Of a stretch of DNA of 64,000 nt, positions 56,583 through 64,000 are shown one piece after another. Origin of the DNA: Hormiphora californensis (lineage: Eukaryota; Animalia; Ctenophora); assembly GCA_020137815.1 (NCBI GenBank), contig CM035355.1, forward strand, positions 434,001-498,000. The letters run 5' to 3'. The translations under genes were made by a program, and so were the position numbers. Within the stretch, counting starts at the first letter, position 1. Each line of letters opens with the position of its first letter. The notes under the pieces are model-generated. The model was given only the letters and a program-made list of their open reading frames with translations, did not search any database and was not told where the DNA came from.

Positions 56583-57350
56583 GAAAAAAAGGAAAAAAAA
56601 AATTTTGGGGGGGGGGGGGAAAAAAAAAAAAAAAAAGGGGGAAAAAAAAAAAAAAAAAAATTTAAAAGGGGGAAAAAAAAAGGGGGGGCAAAAAGGGGGG
56701 GGGGGAAACTTTTGGTGGGGGTTTTAAAAACCCGGGGGGCCCCCCCCCCCCAAAAAAAAAGGGGTTTTTTTTTTTTTTTTTTTTTTCCCCCTTTAAATTT
56801 TTTTTTTTTAAAAAAAAAAAAAAAAAATTTTTTCCCCCCCTTTTTTGGGAAGGGGTTTTTTAAAAAAACCTTTTTATTTTTTTTGGGAATTTTAAAATTT
56901 TTTTAAAAAAAAAAATTTTTTTTAAAAAAAATTTTTTTTTTTTTTAAAAAATTTGTAACCTTTTAAAATTTTTTTTCCCCCCCCCCCTTTTTTTAAATTT
57001 TTTTTTTTCCTTTTTTTTTTTTTTTAAAACCCAATTTTTTTCCCCAAAAAAAAAAAAAAAATTTTTTTTAAAAAAATTTTTTTTCCTTTTTTTTTAAAAA
57101 AAAAATTTTTTTTTTTTAAAACCAAATTTTTTTCCCCCCTTTTTTCCCCCCCCCCCTTTCCCCCAAAAAACCCCCCCCCCCTTTTTTTTTTTTTTTTTTT
57201 TTCCCCCTTTTTTTTTTTTTCCCCCTTTTTTTTCCCCCCCTTTTTTCCCCCCCTTTTTTTAATTTTTTTTTTTAAAAAACCTTTTTTTTTTTAAAAAAAA
57301 ATTTTTTTAAAAAAAGGGTTTGGGGGCCCCCCTTGGGGGGGGTTTGACAC
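55780..57350. other. Low-quality homopolymer-inflated assembly sequence (also ~18990-19730, 44490-45450, 60600-64000)
   Basis: Almost exclusively long A/C/G/T runs; expected Amt and NIM1K exons are missing in or near these blocks. Confidence 0.85.
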
Positions 57351-57767
57351 ATTCTCCCTCCTTTTTTTTTAGAAATCCCGATCAGCACACAAAAAATTTA
57401 CCAAAGTCCCATTTTCAAAAAACAGATTTTCTATTTTCCCCAAACCCAGACTGTCCCCAGAGACAGTCTAGGTAAGGGTCAGTAAATACGAAAAAATGGT
57501 AAAGAAATTTCCCTTTTTTTTAGCTGGAAAAAAAAATGTCCCTTTTACAATCTGTGTGCTTTTGTGGAACACACACCGTACACAGTACCCACACAGATTT
57601 CCCTTAAGAGAAAATTTTTACTAATTACGTCTCCCCTGCTAGAGACGTGAAATTTTTTACGTCTTTCCAACCCCATGAATATTTTTGAGATTAAAGCCCC
57701 ACGCAGGATTTTATTAAATTTAAATGAGAGAAAAGGAAGAGAGAGAGAGAGAAGGGGAGAGAAAAGC

Positions 57768-57814
<47 letters not shown>

Positions 57815-57871
57815 CTGTTATTGCTTTGAACATACCGGCCAGTCGAAATGCTTCTCACGGGATTATCAATA

Positions 57872-58655
57872 TAGGGTAAACCGGGGCAATTCGAACAACT
57901 GGGGCAATTCGAACATAGTACTGCCCGTCTCTCACCTAGTTAAGCTATCATAATGACGTCATCCTATCTCCAGAAGAAAACTGCTCGTTCGAGCCTGCCC
58001 GTTACCACTAAATAGGCTCTAGATCCGGTTTAAGTTGGTCAATTTCTGATTTGAAAAAACCAGCTGAAAGCTAATAATATCAGCTTTCAGATGGTATAAA
58101 AATTATTTAAATATTCGCATGTTTTCATTCCAAATTCTGGTAAATTAAGATTACCGGGGCAATTCGAACAACCGGGGCAATTCGAACATGGGCAATTTGG
58201 TTAACACACCGGGGCAATTTGGTTAACTCCCGGGCCAATGATGTGCAGTTCTTTGCACCACGTGATCACGCGTGATACCGGGGCAATTCGAGCAAGAACG
58301 ACCAGCGTTTAGATTGCGTGTAGATTACATTGTTCGAATTGCCCCCACCTCTAACAACACCAGGCGGGAATCTTCTTCTGGTGTTGTGAGGACGTTCACG
58401 TGACTCCCACGTGACGAAATAAAGCACTCCTATTGGTGATGCTCGAATTGCCCCGGTACCAATTTTTTCCGACCAAAATTTTTCAATTAGTTATTTAGTT
58501 AAGTAAATGATGGTCCCTATAGTTGAAATTTATCTTATTTGAAAGATAAAATAATGAACTTTAATCCTATATAATTTTTTTCATTGTATCTTTTTTTAAA
58601 TGGGAGTGAGAACCGATTAAGTAAAAAGTTAACCATTTTGCCCCGGTTTACCCTA
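57872..58655. mobile_element. ~780-bp non-autonomous DNA transposon
   Basis: TIR TAGGGTAAACCGGGGCA / TGCCCCGGTTTACCCTA; reiterated GGGGCAATTCGAAC motif in both orientations. Confidence 0.85.
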
Positions 58656-59000
58656 ATGCCGGTTATAATGCCGGTATTGGCTTCGAATTTCTAGTACCCA
58701 CCCCCATCTTTCTCTCTCTCTCTCTCTCTTTCGTTCTCTCTATCACTCTATCTCTCTCCTCCTCTATCTCTCATTAAAGTTTCAGTCTCTCTCACTCTCT
58801 AAATAGTCTCTATATAGTGTAAATTGAAAGAGTAGCGAGTTGTGCACGTTATATTTATGTGTCTCATAACACCCTCCAGTATTCCACGGAGAGAGGGATG
58901 TTAACCGGAAATTATAACGCCGCTGAGCACGCTGGTATAACACACACTCAAACACACACACATGCACAAACAGATATAGTTATCTGGCAAATAGAGAGAG

Positions 59001-59480
<480 letters not shown>

Positions 59481-61578
59481 TTATACACGTGCAAGGAAAT
59501 GTAATGTCTGACGTCACATAATGATACACAACAAAAACTGCTAACAGTACATCTTGTTTGTAGTATTTAGCACTGGCCAGTTGTACCATTTCTAAACTCC
59601 ACCATTTTCTATTTAAAAAAGGCATGAAAGAGAAACGGGGGTGAGTCTCACTCTCAGTGAGTGTGTGTAATGACCACATGTGTGGTTACAGGTATTTACA
59701 TAGGGAGCACCAACATGGCTCCCTCGCCCCCTATTAATAGAGAGAGGGACTAGGGGAAGCATGAGCAACATGGCATCCTCAGCTCACCCCCTATTAATTA
59801 CTTGCTGTACCAGATCCAACTGTAATTACAAACAGGGGAGAAGGGAGCCCACAATCTGTATGTGTGTCTTTATAGAAAGAGGAGGCTAAAATTGGAAATG
59901 TAGGGGACGTTGAAACCACAAACTGAAAATACGGGAGACAGGGGAGAGAGACAGGGAGAGCGAGAGAGAGGAGAGACAGGGGAGGGAGAGACAGGGGAGA
60001 GAGACAGGGGAGAGAGGGGAGGGCGAGATGAGGGAAAGAGACGGGAAAGAGACAGGGGAGGGAGACTGGGTAGTGATAGAAACAGAGCTAAAGGATAGTC
60101 TCCCCGCGTGTTGTAAAACAAGCATGTTGATGACAGATCTGACTATACCACAACATTCCTCCCCCTCCAGCTCCCAATGTTCCCATATGTTAACCACAAC
60201 ATAAACATCACATAGAGTGGTGTGTGTGTGTATGGAGCTCTTCTCTCCCTTCCCTCTTGGCACATCTGTCTTTATTCTCTCATCACCTCGGATTCATGTT
60301 TGTATCAGAAACAGTGTCTTTTCATCTCTAAAATATTGTATTTCTCTCAATGTGCAATATCTCAATATGCAATTCGTTTTTCTCCCAGACATTTTCTCTC
60401 CCACATCCATTTTCTCACAGCGCTATTGCATGTACTCCCTCTATCTATCTGTTCTCTCTCCATCTCCTTCTCTCTCATCAATTATCGCCAGAGCGTCAAT
60501 CGAACCAAAGGAGAAAAGAAAGATGGGAGAGAGAGAGAGAGAGAGAGGGGAGAGAGGGGAGAGAGAGAGAGAGAGAGGGGAGAGGAGAGAGAGAGGGGGA
60601 GAGGGTAAGAATGGATGGAAAAAGTAAAAAAGGTTGGGACTGAAAACTACACGTAAAAGTTGCCACCCACAAATTGGGGAGTCTTGAAAAGGGTCAGAGT
60701 TTTTGTTTCCCCCGAGCCCCCCGCACATCCCCGTATAGATCACAGTGATCAGTCAAATGGGGCTCTTGTTTAATTGTCAATGATGGATTCGAGAAAAATG
60801 AATACTAATTAATGAATTACCTACCCAATACCTTTGACAAACCTTCACCCCCACATCACCCCACTACTACGCTACTGCCGGGTAGTTGATTGCATGAAAG
60901 CATCAAAATCGTGCAAAAATACTGTTCCCTGTAAAGGGGGTCGAAAAACGGGTTACCCCCTCCCCCCTCTTGAGTAAACTCTTTAGTGGTAGCAAAACTT
61001 TTTACACGGGTTTCAAAACACAGATCTTTGAAAACAATGGGGTTTTAAGGGAAACCACCCCCAACCCAAAAAAGAGAGTGTAAAACAATAAAACACACAA
61101 AACATCACCCCCATTCACCAAAACCCCCCACACTATCAGACGGGAAATTTTTCATCCCCCTATGTTCACCCAACATGCCCTTTGGGAAACCCACCACCAT
61201 CAGCTGTGGGGTCACCGCCCACATTATTCCTTTTTCCATTTTCCCGAGGATAAAATAAAACTGATAGTGATTCCCCCGGGAAAGTTTTTTTGTGTCAAAA
61301 TTTAGAGGGCCCAGATGTTGTCAGATTACCATCCCCATGGGCCTTTCCGGGGGTTTTTAAAACCCCGGACACAATGGACCCACTCTCTGGGTTTTTTCTA
61401 CCTTTTTTGTGACCTCCCCATCCTTTCTACCTTATTAAAATCCACTTTTTTCCCCGGGATAGGGCGCCCCCCAAAGGGGGACTATATCAAGCAAGGGAAA
61501 AGGGGAACATTTACAATGGGGTCTGAATAATGTTACAGTACCAGGCGCAGGTAGAGTAGAGGCGACAGAGGAGGGACC

Positions 61579-61615
<37 letters not shown>

Positions 61616-64000
61616 AGGGGAGGGGGAGCATGGTAGAGGGGAAGAGAGGGGGGAGAGGGGGAGAGAGCAGGGGTAGAGGAGAATTAGGGGGATGTGTAAA
61701 AACTCATAGGATATTCATTTTTCCCGGGTATATAGAAAAAAAATTTTCCCTTAGGGGTAAATCGTTTTCTTCGTCCATTTTTTAACCCAAAAAAACACTT
61801 TAGCCCCCCTTTTAGAACAGCAAAAAAGGGAATCTTAATACTCTCATTTGCACTGAACTGAGATTTGTGACACGAATCGGGAGGGAAGGGGAACTTTTAA
61901 TATTATCAGAGTTTCATTTGCATTTTTACTGACGTCGTACCAATATACCAGGAAAAATTTGATTCCCCTCTCCCCTTTCTAACTGTACAAACCCCCTTTT
62001 CTGTCTAAAAAACTAGGACTTTAATTGGGCTACCCCTTTCCCTTTCCCAACCCATTTTAAAAAATGATGGGGTTATACTTTGAAAAGGGGGGGAGAAAAA
62101 AGGGGGAAAAAAAAAAGGAAAAGAAGAAACGAAAAGGGGAGTTTTCGGCCCGGGTAGGGAATGAATGAAAAACCTTTTGTTCCAGCCCAATTCTTTATGA
62201 ATGAATGTTGCTAAATAAAGAGTATAATAGTGGGCGAGGGGACTGGGGAAGGAACACGTGACGAACAGGGGCATAAGATGAAAGAATGGTAGAGAAAGAA
62301 GGAGTTATATTTTCCAAGTCGGCGAAATTTAAAAAAAACATTTTCATTGTGGTCAGTAGAGTTTGTCTGACGCCCTAAACCCCCAAAGTTTTGGGAATGC
62401 TCCCTATCTGAGCAAAAAACCGCCCCCCGGGGGGGCCCAATCAGGAGATTTTTGGAAAGCCACCGCCAAAAAGAGGAGATTTTTAAAAGAATGGGGAAAG
62501 AAAATGAAGGAGAAATAAAAAAGGAGTTAAGGGACCCGGGGGATAATTTGGAAAAAAATGAAAGGCATGGAAAAAGAGTTACGGGACAGGGGGAAAAGAA
62601 AAACTAAAAAAAAAATTTTTTAAAAGGATCCCCCAACAGCCTTCGGGGAAAAAAATTTTTAGAAAGGGGAGAGGGGGGAAAAGACAGAGGAAAAAAGTTC
62701 CTGCCAACGAACGTTTTTTTTTTTCCCAGGAGAGCCGTAAGGAAACAATTTTTTGAACCCCCAGAGCGGGGAACCGAAAAAGAGGGAGAGAAAGAAAGAG
62801 AAAGGAGAGAGGAGAGAGGGTGGAGGCGGGGGACGCGGAAGCATAGCCCCATCAGCGAATGAAAGGAGAAACACCAAAGAAGAGGAAGAAGAAGAGAAAA
62901 GAGAAGAGGAGAGAGAGGGGAGAGAGAAAAGAGAGGGGAAGTTTTTTTTCCCCCCCCCCCTTTTTTTTTTTTTGGGGGGGGGGGGGTTTTTTTTTAAAAA
63001 ATTTTTTTCCACCCCCCGGGGTTTTTTTTTTTTTTTTTTTAAAAAGGGGGGGGGTTTTTTTTTGGTAAAAAAAGAGTTAAAAAATTTTGGGGGGGCAAGG
63101 GCAAATTGGGGTTTCTTTACCCCCCCCCCTCCTTTTCCCTTCCCCCCCAAAAAACAGACAAAACACAGGCTCTTTATCACACTCTCTCTCCCCTTCTAGA
63201 GCATAAAATTTTCCCATTTTCCCCCATTTTCTTTTTAGTTCTTACTAAAAAATCTATTTTTTTTTTCCTTCCCCTTTTCAAATTACTAAAATTTAAAAGA
63301 GAGGGGTAAAAAGAGGGGGTTGAGACATGAAAAGAGGGCAAACATATAAAGAAAAATATCAGCCCATCAAATTTCCTCCCCGGGCCCCTCTTTTTATTTA
63401 CTAAACACATGTTTTAATGTTTTTCTTACAATCCCTCTATCCTCTTTTATCCCCCCCTCACCCCCCTCCCCCCCGTCTCCCCCCCTATTCCTCCCCCCTC
63501 CCTCCCACCTCTCTCCCCCCATCCTCCCCCCCTCTCTCCCCTCCCCCCTTTCCCCCCCAAATTTTTCTCTACTATCAGGGACTCTTTCATACAGTTTTCC
63601 CCTGAAAAGTTCACACACAAATGGGCTTGTGTGACAAGCGCACACTCACATCTCCATGAATTATGGGGGCCCGATGCCTTTTGTATGTTATTTAATAAAA
63701 ACCTTCTTTTCCTTGCCCCCTTTCTCTATTTCAAAACTTCTCCTTTCGACCCCCTATTCCCACTTTTATAAATTCCCTTCAACACGGGGCCCCCCCAAAG
63801 TAATTTAAAAAGTTGGTTTCCAACTTTTATAATAATTCCAGACCAATGTTGTTCTTATATTATAGCGTGTATCTTTAAACCTAAAAATTGAGCTCTTGAG
63901 CAACATAGAAGAAAAAGTGAAGTAATCCCAAAAATAGCGAAAGAAGGGACATAGACTTGTCACAGAACGAAAGTAAAATTGTAAAAACTTTTGCATATAT

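Noticed and set aside
60120-60220. Possible garbled NIM1K N-lobe exon (ME.AGGGE-like on minus strand); another candidate near 54580-54720
   Set aside because: Needs several indels to read; cannot be supported as a feature.

Overview
Eukaryotic, intron-rich, microsatellite- and MITE-laden genomic DNA. It is very probably a ctenophore (Pleurobrachia-like): I recognise from memory two short repeat families (CAGGAACCGACCGAA..., TACAGTCGGACCCCGATTT...) and a 'WDLEGTPLQIKT' extracellular domain, but this was not checked by a search. Genes reconstructed by hand from GT-AG exons: 3' end of an unknown gene (+), a divergent PP1-type phosphatase (-), a FAM210/DUF1279-like last exon (+), a secreted lineage-specific-domain + Sushi protein (-), a divergent Ser/Thr kinase (+), a complete 22-exon, 998-aa ionotropic glutamate-receptor-family subunit (+) with a GPI-anchored Ly6/three-finger gene nested antisense in its M2-M3 intron, an ammonium transporter (+) with an internal tandem duplication, and the 3' half of NIM1K (-). 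Two intronic LINE-ORF1-like genes occur, one demonstrably without a following ORF2. The most striking pattern is that exon-intron junctions are repeatedly tandem-duplicated, up to 41 perfectly phased copies of one 5' splice site, and almost always only the exon-proximal copy keeps the reading frame. Several stretches (approx. 18990-19730, 44490-45450, 55780-57350, 60600-64000) look like low-quality homopolymer-inflated consensus and are uninterpretable.
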